Under the pieces are notes generated by a model that worked only from the letters and a program-made list of their open reading frames with translations, made no database searches and was not told where the DNA came from. The position numbers and the translations under genes were made by a program. DNA of 64,000 nt from Bdellovibrionales bacterium (GTDB lineage Bacteria > Bdellovibrionota > Bdellovibrionia > Bdellovibrionales > CAYMLA01): the NCBI GenBank assembly GCA_965217115.1, contig OZ244239.1, positions 1,184,001 to 1,248,000 on the forward strand, written 5' to 3'. Shown piece by piece: positions 18,096-28,347 of the stretch. How positions within the stretch are numbered: the stretch's first letter is position 1; the number at the start of each line of letters is the position of its first letter.

Positions 18096-20390
18096 ATGAC
18101 GAAATTTCTATTCTTTATTATTTTTATTTCAGGAATTAGCGGTCTTTCTTATGAGTTAATTTACACCCGAATCATCTCTTATTATTTTGGAGATTTATAC
18201 CTAACAATTTTCACAGTTTTAACTTCTGTTTTCTTAGGTTTAGCCTTGGGCTATAAATACTCCTACAAGTGGGTAAAACAGCTTTGGGTTATAGAGGCTA
18301 TGTTAGGGGTTTATGCTTTTCTTATGGCTTTTGTTTTTCATTTTTTAGGCGTTGATGTCTTGGCTTATATCCCATCTTTTTTACTAGGTAGCAAAACTGT
18401 ATTATCCTCATTAGTCATATTCACACCCATGTTTCTGGTCGGATTTTCTATACCTATCTTATCTATTTACGCAAGTCAGGGAAATACTAACTCTGAAGAG
18501 AAAAGTAGTACAGTTTTTCCTTATGTCTACGGACTCTATACTATAGGCTCTGCCCTAGCTCTAATATTATTGGAGCTTTTTTTCTTGGAAGACTGGGGAA
18601 TCACCACTGTTCTTATTGCATCAGGCCTGCTAAATATGTTTGTTGCTGTATATTTATATTTTACAAAGAAAACCTTTGTACCTGAGAAGGATCCATCTCC
18701 AAAAGAGAAAACAGTACATCCTCTACCTTTCTTCTTAGGAATATTAAGTATGATGTTTCAGTATTTCTTTATAGAAACTAGTTTTAGAATTTTCGGCCCC
18801 TCCATCTCTAGCTTTACTTTTGTTTTATCTTCGGCGCTATGTGGAGTAGCATTTGGTTCTTTTTTAACTACAGTTACTAATTTTAAATGGCATAGCTTTT
18901 TAACTATTTTTCTATATTTAGGCTTATTTCCTTTTTTAATTTTCTCATACGTTATTTATTGGTGGGCTGATTTGAGTACGTACTTAAAAAGTACTTATCT
19001 AATTAATTTAGAGCTTATCAAGATACTATTTATCTTTTTCATGAGCATAGGAATGTTCACTTTATTTGGCGCTATTGTCCCTTTATTTTTAAAATGGAAT
19101 AAAAAAGCAAGTGTGCAAAGAGTATTATTTTCTAACTCTCTAGGTAACGCTTTAGGAATACCATTGGCTGGAATAATTCTATATTCCATCTTCGACTTAC
19201 GTCTTACCCTAATCTTAATTGTGTGCTCAATACTGTTCATCAGCTATGGTGTTATAAATAAAATCTACACCTTCTTTGCATTGTTTTCTATTATGAGTTT
19301 AGTTCTCTTTTGGCCGTCTAGAGAGCTATATGTAGGCTCTTCACGTTTAGTATCTCAAACAGCAACAGAGATTAAACAGTATGTCAAAGGCATGAAGAAC
19401 ATACAACACATTAGGTACTTAGGAAACGAAACTACATTATATGAAACTGATCGCTATTATGGACGCGAAGGACGCCTTATGGTTTTCCATAACGGCTACC
19501 GTACCCTTGCTCTTAAAAAACGCAAGGGTATAGTGAAACATGAATCTTTTTTACCTGCGATATCTGCATGGTATAGCCAAAAACACAATAACGCCTTAGT
19601 TCTAGGTTTAGGTACTGGTGTCACAGTGTCTACAACTGCAGATGCATATAAGAATGTAAAAGTATTTGAAATCAACCCAGGAACATTTGAAATGATTCAA
19701 ATACTAAAAGACTATAATGATAATATCAGTAATAAAAAAAATATTGATGTCGTTTTGCAAGATGCTTTTATTGGAACTTATTTAGAGAAAAACGAAAGTT
19801 ATGATGCGATTATCAGCTCTACCTCCCCTCTGTATTATTATTCTTCTAGTAAATTATATTCTAAGGATTTTTTACAAATTGTAAAAAACAAACTAACCAA
19901 AGGTGGCGTTTTTGTCACATGGTATAGTTCAGAGATTTCCATACATAAAACAAACATTCTGCACAACACCTTAAACAGTGTCTTTAAAACTTGTAAGTCT
20001 TTTATTATTAAAGCAAGCTATCACATTGTACTTTGCGGGGAGCGCTTAACGCTGAATGAACGTTATAACTTCTCTCATATAAAAAACAATATCGTGAAGA
20101 AAGTTTTTTCCCACGCCCCTTACCTAGAGGCAACACTTGATAAAAATTTGCTTAAAAAAAATCATTGGCAAGGTGAAGTCAATACTTTAAATAAATTAAT
20201 TACCAAGAGCCCTTATTTTTCTGTAGATGACCCTAGAAAAAGATATCATGTATATAACAAGGAGGTTTTACACATGGTACACAGCTCTCCCTATCCAAGA
20301 AAAAAACTTTGCGCTGCAATGAAATTTTTTAGTTTTAAAATATTTAGAAATCACTCTTCACTCTCTCCTTGTTTATCCTTAAAACAATAG
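18096..20390 (+). CDS. Second multi-TM protein fused to a spermidine-synthase-like SAM-binding domain
   Basis: SGISGLSYELIYTR, FSNSLGNALG, LVLGLGTGVT, FEINP, QDAF, LYSKDF and GGVFVTW motifs. Confidence 0.85.
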   Translation: MTKFLFFIIFISGISGLSYELIYTRIISYYFGDLYLTIFTVLTSVFLGLALGYKYSYKWVKQLWVIEAMLGVYAFLMAFVFHFLGVDVLAYIPSFLLGSKTVLSSLVIFTPMFLVGFSIPILSIYASQGNTNSEEKSSTVFPYVYGLYTIGSALALILLELFFLEDWGITTVLIASGLLNMFVAVYLYFTKKTFVPEKDPSPKEKTVHPLPFFLGILSMMFQYFFIETSFRIFGPSISSFTFVLSSALCGVAFGSFLTTVTNFKWHSFLTIFLYLGLFPFLIFSYVIYWWADLSTYLKSTYLINLELIKILFIFFMSIGMFTLFGAIVPLFLKWNKKASVQRVLFSNSLGNALGIPLAGIILYSIFDLRLTLILIVCSILFISYGVINKIYTFFALFSIMSLVLFWPSRELYVGSSRLVSQTATEIKQYVKGMKNIQHIRYLGNETTLYETDRYYGREGRLMVFHNGYRTLALKKRKGIVKHESFLPAISAWYSQKHNNALVLGLGTGVTVSTTADAYKNVKVFEINPGTFEMIQILKDYNDNISNKKNIDVVLQDAFIGTYLEKNESYDAIISSTSPLYYYSSSKLYSKDFLQIVKNKLTKGGVFVTWYSSEISIHKTNILHNTLNSVFKTCKSFIIKASYHIVLCGERLTLNERYNFSHIKNNIVKKVFSHAPYLEATLDKNLLKKNHWQGEVNTLNKLITKSPYFSVDDPRKRYHVYNKEVLHMVHSSPYPRKKLCAAMKFFSFKIFRNHSSLSPCLSLKQ

Positions 20391-20792
20391 ATTTTTTAAG
20401 TTTTAACCACTCTTATTGGTTTTCAAATATTCTGACGACGTACAAGTATTTTATTTAATTCTAATAGATGTGTAGTCATTACTTTTGGATTTTCATCGAA
20501 TTAACTCACAAGTTTGGACACCGAAGGCCATGTAGATCGAAGCTAAGATAGCTTGAGGCTGTTCGCTCGACTCATAAGAAAGACACCCATATAACTTCCG
20601 CGCTGAACAAACCTTATATTGAGAGGTCGAACTTATGAGGAATGAACTAAATCAGATTATTATCAAAAAAGACAAGCCTGACTATGAGATGGCGGTTAGA
20701 AAGGGATAAACGAAACAAGATGTGATAGTTCAGGTCGTAGAATGCCTAGGGAACTTGAGTCGGTTTTAATATACTATATAAAATTTTTTGTT

Positions 20793-22499
20793 CTAGATTT
20801 CGTAATCGAAACGAAAAACATCGCTTATGAGATAAGGTACATCAAGAGGAGGAAGAGGACTTATTCTCAATATACCAAAAGACTCGTTAAAATTAATAAC
20901 GTCTTTTTCGTCAATAAGATCAACTTTGATCGAGAAAGCCTTATTTGTGTAAAAATTAAACTTACTAGAAAGTGAGGTCTTATTTATTTTTTTACTCGCT
21001 TGAACAAGTATTTCGCTGCTAGGCCAATGACTGATTATGTCACTCTTAAGAGTCTTTAAAGAAGACTGTCCATTTTCGAAGGGTTTTGTAATTGCTCGAA
21101 TAAATACACCTTTGTTCCAATACGCAAAGTTATCGTTTAAGAATATTCCTATATGTGGATTAATTAAGTCAAATTTCCTCGTATACAGAATGAGATTCAC
21201 TTGGCTACTTTTAATATTTTCAATAATACGTTTATGTTTATGACGTTCTCCAGGACCAATAAACCATGGATAAATCGTTGAACCTTTAGATATGCCAATA
21301 CTATCAAATATTTTGGCATGAGGGTTTTTCTGTAAATAACTGTTTACAATAGTCATTATCTCCTTTTGGCGATCGTTATTGTGAGAGAAAATAATTTTTT
21401 GGTGGCGATTGAGAGCAGGAACAACCAACATGGTGATCATCGTAAGAAGTAGAACGTAACTGACACTTGGCGAGTATTTATGCTCAAGAACTTTTAGAAT
21501 TTGATAAAGTCCTATGCTAGAAAGAACAGCGAATAAGGGTGAATAAGAAGCAATAAAAAATGGCAGGGGATTGGGGTGCACAATGAGAATTAAAAATAAA
21601 ATAATTGAGATAGTAGAACAAATTTTAAAAGCCTTTTGATGTTTTATGAATTTACTCTTAGGTAAAAACATGAATGTCACTATTGAAATAAGCCAAAGAA
21701 GAACTTTTAATTTATTTTCTAATAGCCAACGATTAAAATATTCAATTCTCCACCATGAAAAATAAGAGACACCTACTTCGAAATGACTCAGTGTTGACAT
21801 AAAATAGGACCACCCTTCAAGAAAAACTCTTTGAATAGGTGGGATAGACAAAGAAAAAATAGAAAAAATAAAAATAATGGAAATTAAAGTTTGTATGCTT
21901 TTTTTATTCAAGGGGATGTGCATGAAGATAAGAGAGCCAATTAAAATAACAGTCAAGTAGATAGCTTTTAAGGTGAATAACATAGGAATAAAGCAAAGAG
22001 CAATGCTAAGTGTTATTTTTCTAGGAGAGAGAAATGATGGTCGTTTAAAGAAAAATAAAAGTAAGACTAAAAATGAACTAAATGCAAGGAGGTCCGCGCG
22101 GATTCGAAAACCACGGCTAATAAAGAAGGTGTCACAAAGAACAAAAAGAGAAGTCAGCAGTGCTATCTTTGTCGAGTTGGTAAGATAGTAAGTGAGCTTA
22201 GATGTGACATAAGTGATGAAAAGAGCATTAATAGAAAACAAGAGACGAGATAAAAAAAGAGGGTCAAAGTCAGGAAAAAAAGCGTCAGAAACTCTGTTAG
22301 TGAAGTGTAAAAAAACATGAAAGAGCATTTTTGTAGAAAAAGAAAAATCATTGAAGCGACTGAATAAAAGATTTGAGGAGCGTAAGCTCCATATTTCAGA
22401 GTCAGCCCAGAAACAAAACCAGGAACTCACAGGAAAGACAAAACTTAGAGCCATAACAAAAACTAATATAAGAGTGGAGTTCTTTTCTTTCATTTCCAT
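20793..22499 (-). CDS. Putative GT-C (ArnT/PMT-like) polytopic membrane glycosyltransferase
   Basis: Acidic DSE pair after TM1, RIRAD motif, TLKA, many TM segments and a soluble C-terminal domain. Confidence 0.55.
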   Translation of the reverse strand: MEMKEKNSTLILVFVMALSFVFPVSSWFCFWADSEIWSLRSSNLLFSRFNDFSFSTKMLFHVFLHFTNRVSDAFFPDFDPLFLSRLLFSINALFITYVTSKLTYYLTNSTKIALLTSLFVLCDTFFISRGFRIRADLLAFSSFLVLLLFFFKRPSFLSPRKITLSIALCFIPMLFTLKAIYLTVILIGSLIFMHIPLNKKSIQTLISIIFIFSIFSLSIPPIQRVFLEGWSYFMSTLSHFEVGVSYFSWWRIEYFNRWLLENKLKVLLWLISIVTFMFLPKSKFIKHQKAFKICSTISIILFLILIVHPNPLPFFIASYSPLFAVLSSIGLYQILKVLEHKYSPSVSYVLLLTMITMLVVPALNRHQKIIFSHNNDRQKEIMTIVNSYLQKNPHAKIFDSIGISKGSTIYPWFIGPGERHKHKRIIENIKSSQVNLILYTRKFDLINPHIGIFLNDNFAYWNKGVFIRAITKPFENGQSSLKTLKSDIISHWPSSEILVQASKKINKTSLSSKFNFYTNKAFSIKVDLIDEKDVINFNESFGILRISPLPPLDVPYLISDVFRFDYEI

Positions 22500-22711
22500 A
22501 TAGAAGTATTTTGAGGTTTTAGCGTTTCCTTTTATAAATAAGTCTATTGTATTTATCTGTAGGTTTTTATTGATAATAACAACAGTGTATTAAGGTATAC
22601 TAATGACTTTGTGAAAAAGGAAAGTTTATTATTTTTGGTGTGAAAATGACATCTGACCTGGCGGCGGTTCTCCCAAAAAACTTAAATACTTTCATGTACT
22701 TAGAAAGTAAA

Positions 22712-22801
22712 TGGCGGAGGAACGGGGATTCGAACCCCGGATACCCGCAAAGGTATGCCAGTTTTCAAGACTGGTGCTTTCAACCGCTCAGCCATCCCTC
22801 C
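22712..22801 (-). tRNA. tRNA-Ser (anticodon TGA)
   Basis: Acceptor GGAGGGA/TTCCTCC, discriminator G, encoded CCA; anticodon arm CCAGT-CTTGAAA-ACTGG; long variable arm; GGTTCGAATCC T-loop. Confidence 0.97.
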
Positions 22802-22904
22802 GCAGGATCAAAGTCTGAAAATAGTTTTATTTCATTTCAATCAAGAAACCCAACTCTTTATTCACTTAATACTTGGCGTTAAGGTCTTCACCTTAAATCG
22901 TTTC

Positions 22905-24191
22905 TCACTGCTTACGCAGTTCTTTGAGCCCGCCCATATATGGTTGTAATACCTCTGGAATTTCAACACTCCCATCTTCTTGCTGATAATTCTCTAACAC
23001 GGCCACAAGGGTTCTTCCCACAGCTAAGCCTGAACCATTGAGCGTGTGCACAAACTGGGGTTTTCCCTTTTCTCCACGAAAACGGATATTAGCCCGTCGA
23101 GCTTGAAAATCTTCAAAATTAGAACAGGAACTTATCTCCCGATAATTTCCCTGCCCTGGTAACCAAGCCTCTATGTCATAACATTTCGACGCCCCAAAAG
23201 ATATTTCCCCCATACACAGAGACATCACTCGATAGGGAATTTGCAAACGCTTCAAAACCTCTTCTGCATGGAACGTTAAAATTTCATGCTGTTCATAGGA
23301 ACTCTCTGGATGAACGAGCTTAACCAACTCCACCTTCAAAAACTGATGCTGACGTATCAACCCTTTTGTGTCACGCCCATAGGCTCCTGCCTCTGAACGA
23401 AAGCACGGAGTTCCTGCCACAAAGTTCAACGGCAATTCACTCTCTTTTAAGGTCTCTCCCCCGTGATAATTCGTCACAGAAACTTCTGCCGTAGGAATAA
23501 GAAAATATTCAAACCCATCAACAGAGAAACTCTCTTCTTTAAACTTAGGCAACTGCCCCGTACCTATCATACTATTAGCATTCACCATATAGGGAGGTGA
23601 CAGCTCCACATAGCCATGTTCTCTTGTTTGTAAGTCCAACATAAATTGAGTGAGTGCCCTCTCCAAGGCCGCCCCTGCCCCTTTTAAAAAAGAAAACCTC
23701 GCTCCCGTTACTTTTGCCGCTCTTTCAAAATCAAGAATTCCCAATTCTTCACCAATTTCAAAATGTTCTTTGGCTGTAAAAGAAAAATTTTTCCCTGCAC
23801 CGTAATGACGAATTTCAGCATTGTCCTCTTCCCCTTTTCCCTCTGGAACAGAGTCATGACAGATGTTTGGTAGGGACAGTAGTATCTTTTTTACCATTTC
23901 ATCAGCTTGGTTAGCATCTGTCTGTAAAGTTTTTACTTTTTTACTCACCTCTTGCATCTGTTCAATAAGGTCCGTTGCCTCTTCTTTATTTCGTTTTTTT
24001 ATAGCTATCTCTTCACTCACCTTATTCTGATGAGCCTTGCTCTCTTCTAAGCCTGTGATCGCCTCTTTTCTCTTTGTATTCATCTCTAGCAAACGGTCCA
24101 CTTCGCTTAAGTTAACTCCGTGTCCCTCAAGAGTTTTACGATAACGATGTAAATATTTTTCATCTTTTTCCAATAATTTAATATCAATCAT
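22905..24191 (-). CDS. serS: Serine--tRNA ligase
   Basis: N-terminal coiled coil, [40 protein letters not shown]; start set at MIDIKLL. Confidence 0.98.
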   Translation of the reverse strand: MIDIKLLEKDEKYLHRYRKTLEGHGVNLSEVDRLLEMNTKRKEAITGLEESKAHQNKVSEEIAIKKRNKEEATDLIEQMQEVSKKVKTLQTDANQADEMVKKILLSLPNICHDSVPEGKGEEDNAEIRHYGAGKNFSFTAKEHFEIGEELGILDFERAAKVTGARFSFLKGAGAALERALTQFMLDLQTREHGYVELSPPYMVNANSMIGTGQLPKFKEESFSVDGFEYFLIPTAEVSVTNYHGGETLKESELPLNFVAGTPCFRSEAGAYGRDTKGLIRQHQFLKVELVKLVHPESSYEQHEILTFHAEEVLKRLQIPYRVMSLCMGEISFGASKCYDIEAWLPGQGNYREISSCSNFEDFQARRANIRFRGEKGKPQFVHTLNGSGLAVGRTLVAVLENYQQEDGSVEIPEVLQPYMGGLKELRKQ

Positions 24192-24195
24192 AAAT

Positions 24196-24507
24196 TTAAG
24201 CTCCCGAAACCACAAGGATATACATCCTTAAAAGCAAAGCAAATAAAATAAAAAGCAAATCGAAGATAATGACTGTTGCCAACTTCCATTTTTTTGAAAT
24301 ACGTAAAATGATAAAAATAACACAGGCAATAATAAGGGTAAATACAAAATCTCCATATCCCGCCAGTTCTTTACCCACAAGAGCCAGCGTTGTTCCGATA
24401 GCTAAACTCGTAAGAAATCTCAAAACAAACAACCACAGAGAACGACTTATTTCAGACAGTGTTTTCCGCTCTCCCGTTCCATATCTATTTGAGCGAATAC
24501 TCATCAC
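24196..24507 (-). CDS. Small hypothetical membrane protein (3 TM)
   Basis: Three hydrophobic segments; coupled between the TPR gene and serS. Confidence 0.7.
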   Translation of the reverse strand: MMSIRSNRYGTGERKTLSEISRSLWLFVLRFLTSLAIGTTLALVGKELAGYGDFVFTLIIACVIFIILRISKKWKLATVIIFDLLFILFALLLRMYILVVSGA

Positions 24508-24534
24508 ACACCTCTAAATTTGTTTCTTTTTTGT

Positions 24535-27399
24535 TCACTGCAACTCATGGATCTTATCCAAAATACTCTGTCGATCTCTAGCATTAGGAGACAACGCTAG
24601 ATATTTCTCATACGCAACCAGTGCCTCCTCCTTGTTTCCTAGAAGCTCCAATAGCGCTCCCTGCTCTTTATAAATAGTCGGTAAACCAGATTCTTTTTTC
24701 TGAGCTAAATTTAGCATTGTTTGTGCTATATCAAGATTCCCTGCCTTGCGATAACATCGCCCTACTCTCACATAAATTTCAGCTTCTTGGGAGCGTATTT
24801 TAATCGCTTTTTGATATTCTGCCGAACAAGCCGAGTATTGCCTCAACAACGCATAAGCCTCCGCCGCCAATAAATACGAATCAGCCAATCCTGGATTTGT
24901 TTTTCTCTCCTTTATCGCCTCACTCACAGCTCGCTCAGGATCATGTGGCACACTCTGCAACGCTGCTCTACCTATAAAATAATGAGCCCGTGGATAACGT
25001 TTATTTATTCTCACAACTCTCTCAAGTTGTTTTATAGCTTCTCGAGGTTTATTAATGTCTAAATATAAAAGCCCAGCATAGAACAAGGCTTCTGCGTCTG
25101 ACGGATCTTTCGTCGCTGCTTCTAAAAAAACTAACAAGGCTTTTCTAAATTTCCCCTGGGCTTGATACACTTTTCCCAATTCTATTAGGCCTTTTTTATT
25201 ATTTTTTTGAATACTCACAACTTGTTCAAAAATGCTCTCCGCCTGAACAAAACGCTCATCTTTTTGATAGGCCTTTCCGAGAGCCATGCGATATTCAATG
25301 ACATATGGATACTTTTTGATAAGCTCTTGTAAATAATAAAACCCCGAAGCCACTCCCTGAAGTTCAGTCAATACATCTGCATACACTATCTGGGCTTTAA
25401 AATTTGTCGAATCTAATTCCGTCGCCCTCACTGCATAACGAAAAGCCTCCTTCTTCTTATTACCCCAAAGCAAAGCTCGAGCTAAAATAATATAAACCTC
25501 AGCGTCTGTGTCATAGTACTTAATAGCCTTGTAAGCGTAGGTCTCAGCTCCCACTCCATTGTTTTTACGCAATTCTAAAAGTGCGTAGCCTTTGTAGATT
25601 TCGTGATTTTTACGATCAATTCTGCGAGCATTCGCTAAAATACGAGCCGCCTCCAAGAATCGATAACCCTGCGAGTAATAGTCTGCCAAAACCACATAAG
25701 CCCTCAGTAAACGCCGATCAGCTTTAATCGCTTTTTTCAGCCAAGTAATTGCTTCTGCACTTTGATTTAATTTCCACAAACATTGAGCTGCTTTAAGAGC
25801 TGCAACTCCATTCTTAGGATCACTTTCAAAAGCTGTCTTGTATTCTGCTTGGGCGGCAAAGCAATCCCCCTCTCTTGCATACTGATCCCCAAGAAAAACA
25901 AGCTCACTCTCCTCCAGTTCTGTCTTTCTAAGGTTCTCTACTCCACCTAAACTCACAATTAATTTTCGACAAACTGAGTTACTTGAGTTCAAGGCATAAC
26001 ATTTTTTAGCATACGACAAGGCTTTGGTTCTGTCCTTCTGGGTTTGATAAATTTCAGCCAACCCAAGATAACCCTGTGCTTCCAGCAGATTTAAAATCCT
26101 TTGTTTAGAATTCAATCCTGCTTTAATTAATTGCAAACCTTTTTTAGGGTGTTTAAATTTTTTATACTCCAAAAGTCCAAGACGGATTTTAGCTTCAGCG
26201 TAATTCTTATTAAGTTTCAAGGCTTTTCGATAAAGACTTGCTGCTTCAACGTAGTTCCGCTTCCCTACCTTGGCCTTTGCTTCAGTTATGTATGGTTTTA
26301 CCCATCTTGGCAAAAGTTGATGAACTTTTTCAAAATAAGAGATCGCCGTATCATAGCTTTTCTCGCCCAAAAGAATTTCTCCTTTTAGTTGGTATAAAAA
26401 CACAGAATGAATATCTAATTCAAAAGACTTCTCTTTGCTTTTAAGCTCCTGTCGGTATTGATCCACTAATAAAAGGGCCTCTTCAACCACACCTTTAGCC
26501 TCTTTATATCGACCCGAGGAGATCATTTGAGTCAACGAACACTGAATCCCATCTAAACCAGCCGGGTCCAAAGATTTTGTGCTTCGCGTCATATGAACTA
26601 ACGCCTCCCTATCTTGGGAGTCTTGATAGGCATAGGGCCATAATTCCCGATAAGATAGACACAGCAGTGACCGTAAAAAAGTCTTCTTCAAATCAGCCTC
26701 AACAGCTTCAACAAAGAAATTTTGCGCTTTGGATAAATTGATAAAATTTCCCTTAAAAAAAACGAGGAGCCCTATTCGCTTTTTTTTGAGAATTTCTTTT
26801 TGACTCAATTGACGCCCAGCCTTGCTGGGCTTAATTAAGTGAATTTTCGTCTCTTTTAAATCTTGCTCAGAAAAAAACACACCCACGGCGACCACAATAG
26901 TCCCCACAAGGAAAAAAAATGGCCACCGCAATCTATTTTTTTTTAGCTGTTTTTCAAGATGTCCTAAATTTTGTAACTCAATGACGACATCCTCTTTAGG
27001 TTCCTGCTTTTGCTTCTTCTCTAATATAGATTCAATAACAGTCTTTTCTTCAATAACCGTAACTTCCACCGCTTCTTCAGGTGCGGCCTCTTCAACTTTT
27101 ATTGACACGCCCCTGTTCTCCTCCTCCTCTTTGTCCTCCTCCTTTTCCTCCTCCTTTTCCGCCCGGGGAAGAATTCCCTCCTCCAAAACTTCTAAAAGAG
27201 AATCATAAAACAGAGGGTCTTGTCCTATATGTATCCAGTCCCCCCCTGGATAACGCGCAACGGCTTCCTCTCCAGTGAGTTTGCCACCGGAAATAGCTTT
27301 AAGAACCTGACTTGTCGAGTAGGGACCCGTCAGACGTCCTTCTTGATCCTTTATGATCCATTTAATCTCTTCAGCCATTCTCTCTATCTTTTTTTTCAA
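24535..27399 (-). CDS. GYF_2-domain, single-TM, multi-TPR protein
   Basis: N-terminal W.I......GPYS..QV...I..GKL......W (GYF_2-like); acidic linker; TM WPFFFLVGTIVVAVGVFF; many TPR repeats ending YEKYLALSPNA. Confidence 0.8.
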   Translation of the reverse strand: MKKKIERMAEEIKWIIKDQEGRLTGPYSTSQVLKAISGGKLTGEEAVARYPGGDWIHIGQDPLFYDSLLEVLEEGILPRAEKEEEKEEDKEEEENRGVSIKVEEAAPEEAVEVTVIEEKTVIESILEKKQKQEPKEDVVIELQNLGHLEKQLKKNRLRWPFFFLVGTIVVAVGVFFSEQDLKETKIHLIKPSKAGRQLSQKEILKKKRIGLLVFFKGNFINLSKAQNFFVEAVEADLKKTFLRSLLCLSYRELWPYAYQDSQDREALVHMTRSTKSLDPAGLDGIQCSLTQMISSGRYKEAKGVVEEALLLVDQYRQELKSKEKSFELDIHSVFLYQLKGEILLGEKSYDTAISYFEKVHQLLPRWVKPYITEAKAKVGKRNYVEAASLYRKALKLNKNYAEAKIRLGLLEYKKFKHPKKGLQLIKAGLNSKQRILNLLEAQGYLGLAEIYQTQKDRTKALSYAKKCYALNSSNSVCRKLIVSLGGVENLRKTELEESELVFLGDQYAREGDCFAAQAEYKTAFESDPKNGVAALKAAQCLWKLNQSAEAITWLKKAIKADRRLLRAYVVLADYYSQGYRFLEAARILANARRIDRKNHEIYKGYALLELRKNNGVGAETYAYKAIKYYDTDAEVYIILARALLWGNKKKEAFRYAVRATELDSTNFKAQIVYADVLTELQGVASGFYYLQELIKKYPYVIEYRMALGKAYQKDERFVQAESIFEQVVSIQKNNKKGLIELGKVYQAQGKFRKALLVFLEAATKDPSDAEALFYAGLLYLDINKPREAIKQLERVVRINKRYPRAHYFIGRAALQSVPHDPERAVSEAIKERKTNPGLADSYLLAAEAYALLRQYSACSAEYQKAIKIRSQEAEIYVRVGRCYRKAGNLDIAQTMLNLAQKKESGLPTIYKEQGALLELLGNKEEALVAYEKYLALSPNARDRQSILDKIHELQ

Positions 27400-27502
27400 A
27401 GTAACACCAAACTATGGTTCCATTGTGGTGCTACAAAAAGACCTCGCACCATAATGAGATCACTACAAAAGGTTCAAGTCAAAATAAACACTTTTAGGAG
27501 AC

Positions 27503-27518
27503 TGGCATAAGAGTTGCT
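27503..27518 (+). promoter_or_regulatory. Sigma54 (-24/-12) promoter
   Basis: TGGCATAAGAGTTGCT, GG-N10-GC spacing, about 40 nt upstream of ATG 27558. Confidence 0.75.
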
Positions 27519-27557
27519 TAGTCTATAAGTATCTATCAACAACAAGGGAGTTTAAAA

Positions 27558-28211
27558 ATGACAAAAAAAGCACTTATAGGATTGTACATCATTATCGTTC
27601 TCAGCATTGCTGGATTTGCCCAAGCAAGGGTCATTGTTACAGAAACACAGCTTATTTCAGATCGCCTTATTTCAGTTTCGGGCTATTATACTTCTGCCTG
27701 TGACATTGGCATCGTCCCTTCCATTTCTAATATCTCTCCCGGAATTGTGAAAGATATTGCAACGCTCAAATTGGCTCCCAAAGAAGATGCCGATGCCTTC
27801 TGCGTTCAAATAGAGCAGAGACGTAAGTTTGACCTCTCTATCGATCTTTACACTCTTGATTTCATTCAAAACGGTGACTACGACATGCTCATCTCAGGAA
27901 ACAACTCTATCCCTGCCATTGGCATTACTATTAAAGACCAGCTTACTAAAAACTTTCCTAAATCAGTTATCCATGGTCAGCTACTATCACAGAACGATCG
28001 CTACTTCCTCGTCAGTGAAGGAAAAACTTACGAGCTAAATACAAACTCGATTCGTCAATCTGCTCTTAATGATTACATTGGTGAGCGGGTTCGCATCTCA
28101 GGTTACTTGTTTGATGAAGACTCTAGCTCTCTTCAAGACCCTTTCTCTCCTAAAAAGAGTTTTAACTTTTCAACTCTTGTTGTTGAAAGCATCAGTTCTC
28201 TCTTTGATTAA
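27558..28211 (+). CDS. Secreted hypothetical protein
   Basis: Signal peptide ending FAQA; AAGGGAG RBS; Cys pair. Confidence 0.75.
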   Translation: MTKKALIGLYIIIVLSIAGFAQARVIVTETQLISDRLISVSGYYTSACDIGIVPSISNISPGIVKDIATLKLAPKEDADAFCVQIEQRRKFDLSIDLYTLDFIQNGDYDMLISGNNSIPAIGITIKDQLTKNFPKSVIHGQLLSQNDRYFLVSEGKTYELNTNSIRQSALNDYIGERVRISGYLFDEDSSSLQDPFSPKKSFNFSTLVVESISSLFD

Positions 28212-28289
28212 TCCGACTCTGGTCCCCTCCGAGTCGGAGATCATATCTCTTCAATTCTTCCCCTGGTTGAACTGAAGTTTTTCATCCCC

Positions 28290-28331
28290 AAGTCTAGTCA
28301 TCGGCCCCCACCATGACTAGACTTTTTTTTT
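28290..28331 (+). terminator. Intrinsic terminator
   Basis: 12 bp stem AAGTCTAGTCAT/ATGACTAGACTT followed by a T-run. Confidence 0.8.
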
Positions 28332-28347
28332 GCTTTTAAAGAACGCC

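Noticed and set aside
1..22711. Prophage
   Set aside because: No capsid, portal, terminase, tail, lysis or integrase genes are recognisable.
22640..22949. ORFs 22640..22882 and 22755..22949
   Set aside because: Antisense shadows of the tRNA-Ser gene and the serS 3' end.
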